From the NCBI GenBank assembly GCA_038253945.1, contig JBBSGR010000005.1:34772-98771 (forward strand): a stretch of DNA of 64,000 bases, in the 5' to 3' direction. Shown here piece after piece: positions 57,313-64,000 of the stretch. Made by a program: the position numbers and the translations under genes. This stretch comes from Gaiellales bacterium (lineage in GTDB: Bacteria > Actinomycetota > Thermoleophilia > Gaiellales > Gaiellaceae). Numbering within the stretch: position 1 is the first letter of the stretch; every line of letters begins with the position of its first letter. Under the pieces are notes generated by a model that did no database searches, was not told where the DNA came from, and saw nothing but the letters and a program-made list of their open reading frames with translations.

Positions 57313-58229
57313 CAGCCGGAGACGGTCCAGACCTCGCGCCGCAGGCGCGCGGCCTGTTCGCCCGCGGCCGTCCGCCAGTCTCCGCCGAGCGAGCGAAAGG
57401 CATAGATGACCGAGCGCGCAGCGTTGACGAGAGCACTCGCGGGGCCGCTCGTGAAGGCGCGCGCGACGTCCGCCGGCGTCGCACCCTGCGCTCCCACGCC
57501 GGGCAGCAAGAGCACGGCCTTCGGCAGCAGGCGGCGAGCCTCGCCGACGGCTCGGGGATGCGTGGCGCCGACGATGGCGCCGACGCTCGAGAGCCCGCGC
57601 TCGCCCACGAGATCCTCGCCCCACTCGGCCACGAGCATCGCCACGTGCTGCCAGAGCGGGCGCCCGTCTGCGACGATCAGGTCCTGCACGTCGCCGCCGG
57701 CATTCGACGTCTTGACGAGGCAGAAGAGTCCGGAGCCCTCGCGTCGACAGGCGAGGAGCAGCGGTTTGAGCGATTCGCCGCCGAGATACGTGTTCACGGT
57801 CAGCGCATCGGCGAGCGGCTCGTCGCGGACGCCTTCATGCCGTTCGAGGTAGGCCGCCGCGTACGCTCGCGCGGTCGAGCCGATGTCCCCGCGCTTCGCG
57901 TCCACTATCACCAGCAGGTCGGCCGACCGCGCGTACGCGCACACGTCCTCGAACGCTCTGATGCCGTCTGGGCCGAGCGCCTCGAAGAAGGCGATTTGCG
58001 GCTTGACGGCCACGACGTACGGAGCGGTCGCGTCGACGATCCCCCTGCAGAAGCGCTCGAGCGCTGCCGCCGCTTCGGCCCGCCCGTAGCTGGTCTCGCC
58101 GCGCAGCTCTACGGGAAGCAGCTCGAGCCTGGGATCGAGACCGACGACGAGCTGGGTTCGCTTTCGCTCCACGGCTTCAGCGAGCCGATCGGCGAAGAGC
58201 GCGGTCGCGACCACGCCTCGCGCTTCCAT
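57309..58229 (-). CDS. pyrF: Orotidine 5-prime-phosphate decarboxylase (type 2)
   Basis: LVVGLDP..., VKPQIAFFE, and VDAKRGDIGSTA motifs. Confidence 0.9.
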   Translation of the reverse strand: MEARGVVATALFADRLAEAVERKRTQLVVGLDPRLELLPVELRGETSYGRAEAAAALERFCRGIVDATAPYVVAVKPQIAFFEALGPDGIRAFEDVCAYARSADLLVIVDAKRGDIGSTARAYAAAYLERHEGVRDEPLADALTVNTYLGGESLKPLLLACRREGSGLFCLVKTSNAGGDVQDLIVADGRPLWQHVAMLVAEWGEDLVGERGLSSVGAIVGATHPRAVGEARRLLPKAVLLLPGVGAQGATPADVARAFTSGPASALVNAARSVIYAFRSLGGDWRTAAGEQAARLRREVWTVSGW

Positions 58230-58278
58230 GAGCCCAAGGCTAACCGCGCAGGCAGTCGCCCGTCACCTTCACCCTTCG

Positions 58279-58312
58279 GGCGGAGGGGCCGCGCCCTGGC
58301 AGCCCCTCCGCC
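58279..58312 (-). terminator. Perfect 11-bp-stem GC hairpin downstream of hup
   Basis: ggcggaggggc (58279-58289) pairs with gcccctccgcc (58302-58312), 56 nt after the hup stop. No U-tract. Confidence 0.5.
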
Positions 58313-58367
58313 GCCTCAAGAGGCCGGGTGGATCCGAGGGCCGCCGCGGCTCGGCCCGCGCCGCGGG

Positions 58368-58646
58368 CTAACCGCGAACGGCGCTCTTCAGCGAGCTGCC
58401 CGGCGAGAACCGCGGCACGGTCGCGGCCGGGATCGTCACCTTCTGCCCCGGATTTCGGGGGTTGACGCCCTGGCGTTCGGCGCGATGTGCGGTCGAGAAC
58501 TTTCCGAAGCCCGTGAAGGTGACGGCGTCACCGGACTTCAGCGCGTCGGTGATCGACTCGAGCACGGCATCGACAGCCTTGCCCGCGTCCCGCTTCGACA
58601 GCCCGCTCTTCTGTGACACACGATCGACGAAATCCTGCTTCGTCAC
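58368..58646 (-). CDS. hup: HU-family nucleoid-associated DNA-binding protein
   Basis: FGKFSTAHRAERQGVNPRNPGQKVTIPA arm motif. 92 aa with a GTG start. Confidence 0.9.
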   Translation of the reverse strand: MTKQDFVDRVSQKSGLSKRDAGKAVDAVLESITDALKSGDAVTFTGFGKFSTAHRAERQGVNPRNPGQKVTIPAATVPRFSPGSSLKSAVRG

Positions 58647-58715
58647 AAGCCTCTCCTCCCGTTGCGGTAATCAAAACCCACGATTGCCGGACCCTAGCAG
58701 GGTGACGCTTTCGGC

Positions 58716-59270
58716 TCAACCATGCGGGTTTGCGGCACTTTTGTGCGTTTTGAGCAGCTCATCTGCGAGGAAGAGCGCGCGCAAACGGACCGCTTGCCGG
58801 GCGAGAGCGTCCGCGCCTCCCTCCTCCCGGTCGACCACGCAAACTGCCGTCTTGCACTCCAGGCCGGCGTCCCTCAGTACCTCGACGGCCTCCGCGGCGG
58901 CACCGCCCGACGTGACGACGTCCTCGACGAGGCAGACCCGCTCCCCGGGCTCCCAGACGCCCTCGAGCCGGTTTCCCGTGCCGTGTCCCTTCATCTCCTT
59001 GCGAACGATCAAGAACGGCAGTCCGGACGCAAGCGACGCTGCCGCGACGAGTGCGACCGCTCCGAGCTCCGGGCCTGCGAGGCGCTCGGCGTCCGGCTCC
59101 AGCTCCCGCACCGCGTCGGCGATCCGTCCACCGAGAGCGCGCAGCAGATCGGGCTGTGTCTCGAAGCGGTACTTGTCGAGGTAGTAGCGCGACCGGCGGC
59201 CGGAACGGAGGACGAAGTCGCCTTCCAAGTACGCGTGCTCGCAGAGAGCCGCGGCGAGCGCGTCAGTCAC
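58716..59270 (-). CDS. pyrE: Orotate phosphoribosyltransferase
   Basis: GDFVLRSGRRSRYYLD and the PRPP loop VCLVEDVVTSGG. Confidence 0.9.
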   Translation of the reverse strand: MTDALAAALCEHAYLEGDFVLRSGRRSRYYLDKYRFETQPDLLRALGGRIADAVRELEPDAERLAGPELGAVALVAAASLASGLPFLIVRKEMKGHGTGNRLEGVWEPGERVCLVEDVVTSGGAAAEAVEVLRDAGLECKTAVCVVDREEGGADALARQAVRLRALFLADELLKTHKSAANPHG

Positions 59271-59463
59271 GCGCGACGTGGAGGATGTCCCGCCCGAACG
59301 GCAGCAGCAGCTGGGCGTCGACGTGAGTGTCGGGGAGGGACACCATCGAGCAGTCGTCGTACAGCAGGTCGACGCGCTCTTTGCCGCCCCGCAGCCGCCG
59401 GACAGCGGCGAGGACCGCCACGGTCACGCCGGCGCCGAGACACAGGAGAGCGCTAGGCCGCAC
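59263..59463 (-). CDS. Small hypothetical protein with an N-terminal hydrophobic segment
   Basis: 66-aa ORF bridging the Roadblock gene and pyrE with short overlaps at both ends. No family recognised. Confidence 0.3.
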   Translation of the reverse strand: MRPSALLCLGAGVTVAVLAAVRRLRGGKERVDLLYDDCSMVSLPDTHVDAQLLLPFGRDILHVARD

Positions 59464-59833
59464 CGGCGTGCTCGAGGTCAGGAGCGAGACCTTGCAAGCA
59501 GGACTTCAGGTCGTAGAGAATCAGGCCGCTGGTCGGCTCCGGCCCGGTCGTCGCCACGATCGCCCTGCCCCCGGCGCGGACGACGAAGACGCTGCCCGCA
59601 CGCATCGCCACCTCCACCTGTGTGACCGAGGGAACACGTCGGCGCCGAATGCCGTCCGCCGACGCCAGCAGCTCGCGCGTCAAGCGCCCGATCTCGCGCG
59701 ACCGCTCTGCGTCGAGAGTCGAGGAAACCACCGCACCTTCCTCGTCCAGAACCGCCGCGGCCTCGACCTCAGTCGACATGTCCTCGAGGTCCGCGAGCGC
59801 CTGCATCGGCTCCATGGGCGCCAACGGTAACAC
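59453..59833 (-). CDS. Roadblock/LC7 (MglB-like) domain protein
   Basis: About 120 aa with the alpha-beta-alpha pattern EVEAAAVLDEEGAVVSS ... VEVAMRAGSVFVVRAGGRAIVATT, typical of Roadblock/LC7. Confidence 0.6.
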   Translation of the reverse strand: MLPLAPMEPMQALADLEDMSTEVEAAAVLDEEGAVVSSTLDAERSREIGRLTRELLASADGIRRRRVPSVTQVEVAMRAGSVFVVRAGGRAIVATTGPEPTSGLILYDLKSCLQGLAPDLEHAGAA

Positions 59834-59889
59834 TCCTCGCCGCTGTCGAGCCGACGTCCGGCGACTGCCGCGAACGCCATACTCAGGCG

Positions 59890-60729
59890 GTGGCGAGAGC
59901 TTCCCTCCGGCCTCTTCGTGACGCGCTCGGCAAGTTCTTCGCAGACCGAGGCACGCATCTCGCGGCGATGATCGCCTACTTCGCGCTGCTCTCGCTCGTG
60001 CCGCTCGTCTTCCTCGCCCTCTCGCTCCTCGGCCTGGCCGGAAGGCCGGACGAGTCGACCTTTCTCGTGCGCGAGCTGAAGAAGGCCTTTCCCGGCAGCT
60101 CGATCCTCGACATCGTGCAACTGGTGCGCAGCATCCAGCGAAACGCCGCCACGCTAGGGATCATCGGCGGAGTCTTCCTCGTGTGGAGCTCGCTCTCGCT
60201 CTTCAGCGTCCTGGAGTCCGCCTTCAACATCGTCTACGGGAAGCCGAACCGCTCCTTCGTTCGCGGCAAGGTGCTCGCCATCGTGATCGCGGCCGGCTCG
60301 CTCGTCGCGCTCCTCGCCGCCCTCCTGATCGGCTCGGTCGGTTACGACCTCCTGAAGCGCTTCGCTCCCGGCTTCTTCGCGAACGGCTACGTCGCGTACG
60401 GGCTCTCGGTCGCGGTCTCGACCATCGGGATCTTCGTCTTCCTCGTCTCGGTGTACTACCTGTTGACGAACGAGAACCTGAGCTTTCGGGAAGTGCTTCC
60501 CGGCTCCGTGATGGCCTCGGTCGTGCTCGAGGCGAGCTTCCAGGTGCTGCCGGTGTACCTGCGCCTCTCCGGGCACGTACTCGCCGCACGAGCCCTCGGC
60601 GCGCCGGCGCTCCTCCTCATCTGGCTCTACGTGATGTCGAACGTGATCGTCTTCGGCGCAGAGCTCAACTGGCGGCAGGGCCGCAACCGGCGCGAGGGCG
60701 AGGCGGACGAGATTCCCGGGCTCGCCTGA
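59890..60729 (+). CDS. YihY/BrkB-family membrane protein
   Basis: FFADRGTHLAAMIAYFALLSLVPLVF N-terminal signature, followed by about 6 TM segments. Confidence 0.8.
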   Translation: MARASLRPLRDALGKFFADRGTHLAAMIAYFALLSLVPLVFLALSLLGLAGRPDESTFLVRELKKAFPGSSILDIVQLVRSIQRNAATLGIIGGVFLVWSSLSLFSVLESAFNIVYGKPNRSFVRGKVLAIVIAAGSLVALLAALLIGSVGYDLLKRFAPGFFANGYVAYGLSVAVSTIGIFVFLVSVYYLLTNENLSFREVLPGSVMASVVLEASFQVLPVYLRLSGHVLAARALGAPALLLIWLYVMSNVIVFGAELNWRQGRNRREGEADEIPGLA

Positions 60730-60769
60730 CCCGGAGAGGTGCTGTCCCTTGCCGCTCGCCGGGGTCGAA

Positions 60770-61378
60770 TCACGCCCCCCGGGCGGGGCCGTCTCGAGGC
60801 CGGGGTGACATAGCCGCGCTGATCTCCTCGAGCAGCGCGCGGGCCGCGCGGGCCCGGTGCGAGTTTCGAGCCTTCCACTCGTTTCCGAGCTCGGCGACCG
60901 TATGCGCCTCGCCTTCCGGAACGAAGATCGGGTCGTAGCCGAAGCCCTCCGAGCCGCGAGGCTCCAGCGCGATCCACCCCTCGAGGACGCCCGTTCCCCG
61001 AAATTCCCGGCGCTCGGGCGACAGGCAGACGAGCTCGCAGACGTAGCGCGCGCGCCTAGCCTCGCCTGCGACGCCTCGGAGCTCGCCGAGCAGCTTCTCG
61101 ACGTGATCCTCGCCCTCGGCGGCCCACCGGTTGGAAGCGAGGCCGGGGCGGCCGCCGAGTGCGTCGACCTCGATTCCCGAGTCCTCGCCCAGCATCCAGA
61201 CATGGTGCTCGTCCGTCGCCCGGCCGTAGCGGGCCTTGCCGCGCGCGTTCTCGTAGTACGTGCGGCCCTCCTCGGGGGGGAGCTCGCCCGCCGCGAGCAG
61301 CTCGAGCTCCCATCCGGGCAACGACCGTGCGAGCTCCGTGAGCTTGTGCTCGTTCTTCGAGGCGAGCCTGGCGGCTAC
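60770..61378 (-). CDS. rdgB: Non-canonical purine NTP pyrophosphatase (RdgB/HAM1); the start codon is unclear
   Basis: GFGYDPIFVPEG and SHRARA motifs. The conserved N-terminus RLASKNEHKLTEL lies upstream of the track start (TTG 61321). The only in-frame candidates are GTA 61378 and CTG 61387. Confidence 0.8.
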   Translation of the reverse strand, partial: VAARLASKNEHKLTELARSLPGWELELLAAGELPPEEGRTYYENARGKARYGRATDEHHVWMLGEDSGIEVDALGGRPGLASNRWAAEGEDHVEKLLGELRGVAGEARRARYVCELVCLSPERREFRGTGVLEGWIALEPRGSEGFGYDPIFVPEGEAHTVAELGNEWKARNSHRARAARALLEEISAAMSPRPRDGPARGA

Positions 61379-62061
61379 GGGTTCCAGCGGACCCCCGCGA
61401 CCTCGTCCAGCTGCGACAGCTGCTCCACGACCCCTACCCGTCCCGCGTGCGGGAAGCGCACGTGGAGCTCGACGCTTCTGCCGCCGCCTTCGCTCTCGTT
61501 GCTCATCTGGAGCGAGCTGACCGTCCCTGCGGCGCCCTCGACGGTATCCACGACGCGGGCGAGGTTGCCGCCGGACCGTAGGTCGAGGACGAGCCGCTCC
61601 TCCTCGGGCCGAACGTGCCGTGACAGACGCCAGACGAGGATTCTCAGGGGCCAGAGACCAACGAGAACGAGCGCGGTCGCGGCCACCGCGGCGGCGTAGT
61701 ACCCGGCACCTGCGGCCATGCCGATCGCCGCGACCACCCAGAGCGTCGCGGCTGTCGTCAGTCCGCGAACGGCGCGACCCTGACGGATGATCGCTCCCGC
61801 GCCGAGAAAGCCGACGCCGGTCACGATCTGAGCGGCGATGCGGGTGGGGTCGAAGCCGACGCCGCTCGCGTTCGAGAAGTGGAAGTCGCGCCAGCCGTAG
61901 GCCGAGACGAGCGTGAAGAGCGCCGATCCGACGGCAACGAGCAGGTGCGTACGCAGGCCGGCCCCCCGCTCGCGCAACTCCCGCTCCATGCCGATCGCGC
62001 CGCCGAGCGCCGCGGCGAGCAGCAACCGGAGCACGAGCTCGCCGGTCGAGAGCTCAGGCAA
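61375..62061 (-). CDS. mgtC: MgtC/SapB-family membrane protein
   Basis: [15 protein letters not shown] signature and a C-terminal ACT-like domain. The TTG start at 62061 overlaps the rph stop by 8 nt. Confidence 0.8.
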   Translation of the reverse strand: MPELSTGELVLRLLLAAALGGAIGMERELRERGAGLRTHLLVAVGSALFTLVSAYGWRDFHFSNASGVGFDPTRIAAQIVTGVGFLGAGAIIRQGRAVRGLTTAATLWVVAAIGMAAGAGYYAAAVAATALVLVGLWPLRILVWRLSRHVRPEEERLVLDLRSGGNLARVVDTVEGAAGTVSSLQMSNESEGGGRSVELHVRFPHAGRVGVVEQLSQLDEVAGVRWNP

Positions 62062-62764
62062 TCGGACTTCCGATCGCGGCGCGTTGGGCCTCCCCGATCT
62101 GCGCAATCCCTGCGGCGGCCAGCTCGAGGAGATGGTCGAGCTCGTCGCGCGAGAAGGGCTGGCGCTCGGCCGTTGCCTGCACCTCGACCAGGCGGCCGTC
62201 CCCGGTCTCGACGACGTTGAGGTCGACATCGGCAGACGAGTCCTCGCCGTAGTCGAGATCGAGCAGGGGCTCGCCCTCGACGATCCCGGCGGAGACTGCT
62301 GCGACCGAGTCGGTGAGCGCGCGAGAGAGACCGCGACGATCGAGCGCCCGCCAAGCGGCGACGTACACCCCCGAGATGGCGGCGGCGCGCGTCCCGCCAT
62401 CGGCCTGCAGCACGTCGCAGTCGAGCCACAGCGTTCGCTCGCCCAGAGCGGCGAAGTCGGCCACTGCCCGAATCGAGCGGCCGATCAGGCGCTGGATCTC
62501 GACCGTCCGCCCCTTCTGGCGACCGTCGCTCGCCTCACGCGACGTGCGCCGGCCCGTGGAGGCGGGGAGCAGGGAGTACTCAGCCGTCAGCCAGCCGCGT
62601 CCCTTGCCCTTGATCCAGCGCGGAACGCCCTCCTCGAGCGAGGCGGTGCAGAGCACCAGGGTCTTGCCGCAGGAGATCAGCGCCGAGCCGTCGGCCTGCT
62701 CGAGATAATCGGGGACGATCTCAAGCGGTCTGAGCTGACCGGGTTGACGCCCGTCGGCTCTCAC
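62054..62764 (-). CDS. rph: Ribonuclease PH
   Basis: [13 protein letters not shown] ... [14 protein letters not shown] ... full-length RNase PH pattern. Confidence 0.95.
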   Translation of the reverse strand: MRADGRQPGQLRPLEIVPDYLEQADGSALISCGKTLVLCTASLEEGVPRWIKGKGRGWLTAEYSLLPASTGRRTSREASDGRQKGRTVEIQRLIGRSIRAVADFAALGERTLWLDCDVLQADGGTRAAAISGVYVAAWRALDRRGLSRALTDSVAAVSAGIVEGEPLLDLDYGEDSSADVDLNVVETGDGRLVEVQATAERQPFSRDELDHLLELAAAGIAQIGEAQRAAIGSPIA

Positions 62765-63573
62765 GCCGCGGCTCCAGTCAGCACCAAGCGCTCGACCGAG
62801 GGGATCGGCAGCTGCAGGAACCGCTGCCCGAGCACGCGGAAGCGCTCGGGATCCCCCGTCGTCAGGAAGCGGTACTCCCCCTCGCGCGAGGCATCGTTCG
62901 AGAAACCCTTGCGCTCGAGCGTCTCGGCGACCTCGCGCGCCGTCTCGTCAGCCGAGAAGACGAGCGCCACGTCGCGCCCGAACACGCGCTGGAAGATCGG
63001 CCTGATCAGCGGATAGTGGGTGCAGCCGAAGATGACCGTATCGACTCCGGCCTGCTTGAGCGGCGCCGCGTACTCGCGCACTGCGCCGGCAGTCTCGGCG
63101 CCGAACGGGTCCGCGCCCTCGATCAGCGGCACGAGACGCGGGCACGCCACGGGAAACAGGCGGACGCCCGCGTCGAGCGCGCGCACGAGCTCGGCATAGC
63201 GGCCCGCCTCGACAGTCGCCTGCGTCGCGAGCAGGCCCACCCGGCGATTTCGCGTCGCCTGGACGGCCGCGTGCGCCTCAGGCGTGATCACGCCGACCAC
63301 CGGCACCGAGCACTCCTCCTGCAGCTGGGGCAGGGCGGCGGAGGTCGCCGCGTTGCATGCCACGAGGATGAGCTTCACACCCTCCCCCTCGAGGAACGCT
63401 GCGATCTCGCGCGCGAAGCCCCGGATCTCGGGGAGGGGCCTCGGCCCGTAGGGAAGCCGTGCCCCGTCGCCCAGGTAGACGAAGTCCTCGTGCGGCATCG
63501 TGACGAGGCACTCGTGCAGGACCGTCAACCCACCGGCACCGGAGTCGAAGACGCCTACGGGTCGTTCGTCCAT
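62761..63573 (-). CDS. murI: Glutamate racemase
   Basis: [20 protein letters not shown] (Cys 1) and GCTHYP (Cys 2). Confidence 0.95.
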   Translation of the reverse strand: MDERPVGVFDSGAGGLTVLHECLVTMPHEDFVYLGDGARLPYGPRPLPEIRGFAREIAAFLEGEGVKLILVACNAATSAALPQLQEECSVPVVGVITPEAHAAVQATRNRRVGLLATQATVEAGRYAELVRALDAGVRLFPVACPRLVPLIEGADPFGAETAGAVREYAAPLKQAGVDTVIFGCTHYPLIRPIFQRVFGRDVALVFSADETAREVAETLERKGFSNDASREGEYRFLTTGDPERFRVLGQRFLQLPIPSVERLVLTGAAA

Positions 63574-63644
63574 AACCCCGATTCTAGGGAGGCCGGGCTA
63601 CGATACGGCCCGCCAGGCTTGTGTCGGCGGAAAGGAACCCGGGA

Positions 63645-64000
63645 ATGAGGACGGCAGCTCGTCTCGTAGTGACCGTCGGGGCAGCACTCGGCTTACTCGG
63701 CTCAGTAGGGGTCGCGGGAGCTGCCTATGCCCCCAGGCTCGTGGTTCAGGCGATCGGGTCGCAGACGAAGATCACGTTTTCCCAAGCGGTCACCGACGAC
63801 CCCACGGCGAAGATCACGATCTACGTCCCGCTGAGGTACACGATCGAACTCTCCCAGGCGCCTCACACCGGAATCGGAACCTCGAGCGGGAGGATCAACG
63901 CGACGGATCTCGCCCCTCCGGCTGGGCTGAACGTCGACTTCGGCGGCGGGATCCAGTCTGTCGCCGTCGCCGAGGCTCCGCCTTCGGCAGCGCTCTGCTC
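63645..64000 (+). CDS. Secreted hypothetical protein, N-terminal part (runs off the window)
   Basis: ATG 63645 is preceded by GGAAAGGAAC. Signal peptide MRTAARLVVTVGAALGLLGSVGVAGAAYA. The frame is open to position 64000. It is absent from the ORF track because no stop is reached. Confidence 0.5.
   Translation, partial: MRTAARLVVTVGAALGLLGSVGVAGAAYAPRLVVQAIGSQTKITFSQAVTDDPTAKITIYVPLRYTIELSQAPHTGIGTSSGRINATDLAPPAGLNVDFGGGIQSVAVAEAPPSAALC

Overview
The window is very GC-rich, gene-dense bacterial chromosome. Gene content and order look actinobacterial, possibly Thermoleophilia or Rubrobacteria-like, but that taxonomic guess is inference only. Because of the GC content, the six-frame track is full of long spurious antisense ORFs and N-terminal over-extensions. 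I re-picked many starts, and these often fall on ATGA/GTGA stop-start overlaps.

I support about 69 protein-coding features and found no rRNA, tRNA or CRISPR array.

Housekeeping blocks, mostly on the minus strand:
- HAD-acpS-nnr-MBL-NmrA-alr-cca
- glmS-glmM-rpsI-rplM
- guaA-guaB
- ECF sigma with a putative anti-sigma partner
- pfkB, a dacB-like gene, pyrF, hup and pyrE
- rdgB-mgtC-rph-murI

Two segments look accessory:
1. About 21.5 kb (13.9-35.2 kb) is bracketed by ~190-bp direct repeats. The left copy is a nonsense-disrupted duplicate of the 3-prime end of the gene at 35232..36605. The segment carries an alpha/beta-hydrolase-M23 fusion, methyltransferase, rhomboid-like protein, PIG-V-type GT-C, DMT, epimerase, DegT aminotransferase, GT28, GAP protein, R2-like di-iron protein, Wzx flippase, GT4, esterase, PAP2 remnant, M14 peptidase and an ABC-2 exporter.
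2. About 6.3 kb (43.35-49.65 kb) is bracketed by a perfect 22-bp direct repeat at the 3-prime end of a PLD-like gene. It carries a Tat-exported animal-type haem peroxidase, a DUF4242-like protein, a 919-aa LAL/LuxR regulator, a secreted cupin and a TetR regulator.

Neither segment contains a recognisable recombinase.

Other observations:
- Three apparent 1-nt frameshifts sit at C/G homopolymer runs (guaA, a nucleotidyltransferase, a small ORF). This suggests either assembly indels or real mutations.
- A 19-bp-stem structured spacer lies inside the acpS-nnr operon.
- A terminator-like hairpin abuts the rplM start codon.
- The alpha/beta-hydrolase domain of the M23 fusion has Gly in place of the nucleophile Ser.

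Everything here comes from reading the sequence and translations by eye. No database searches were run.
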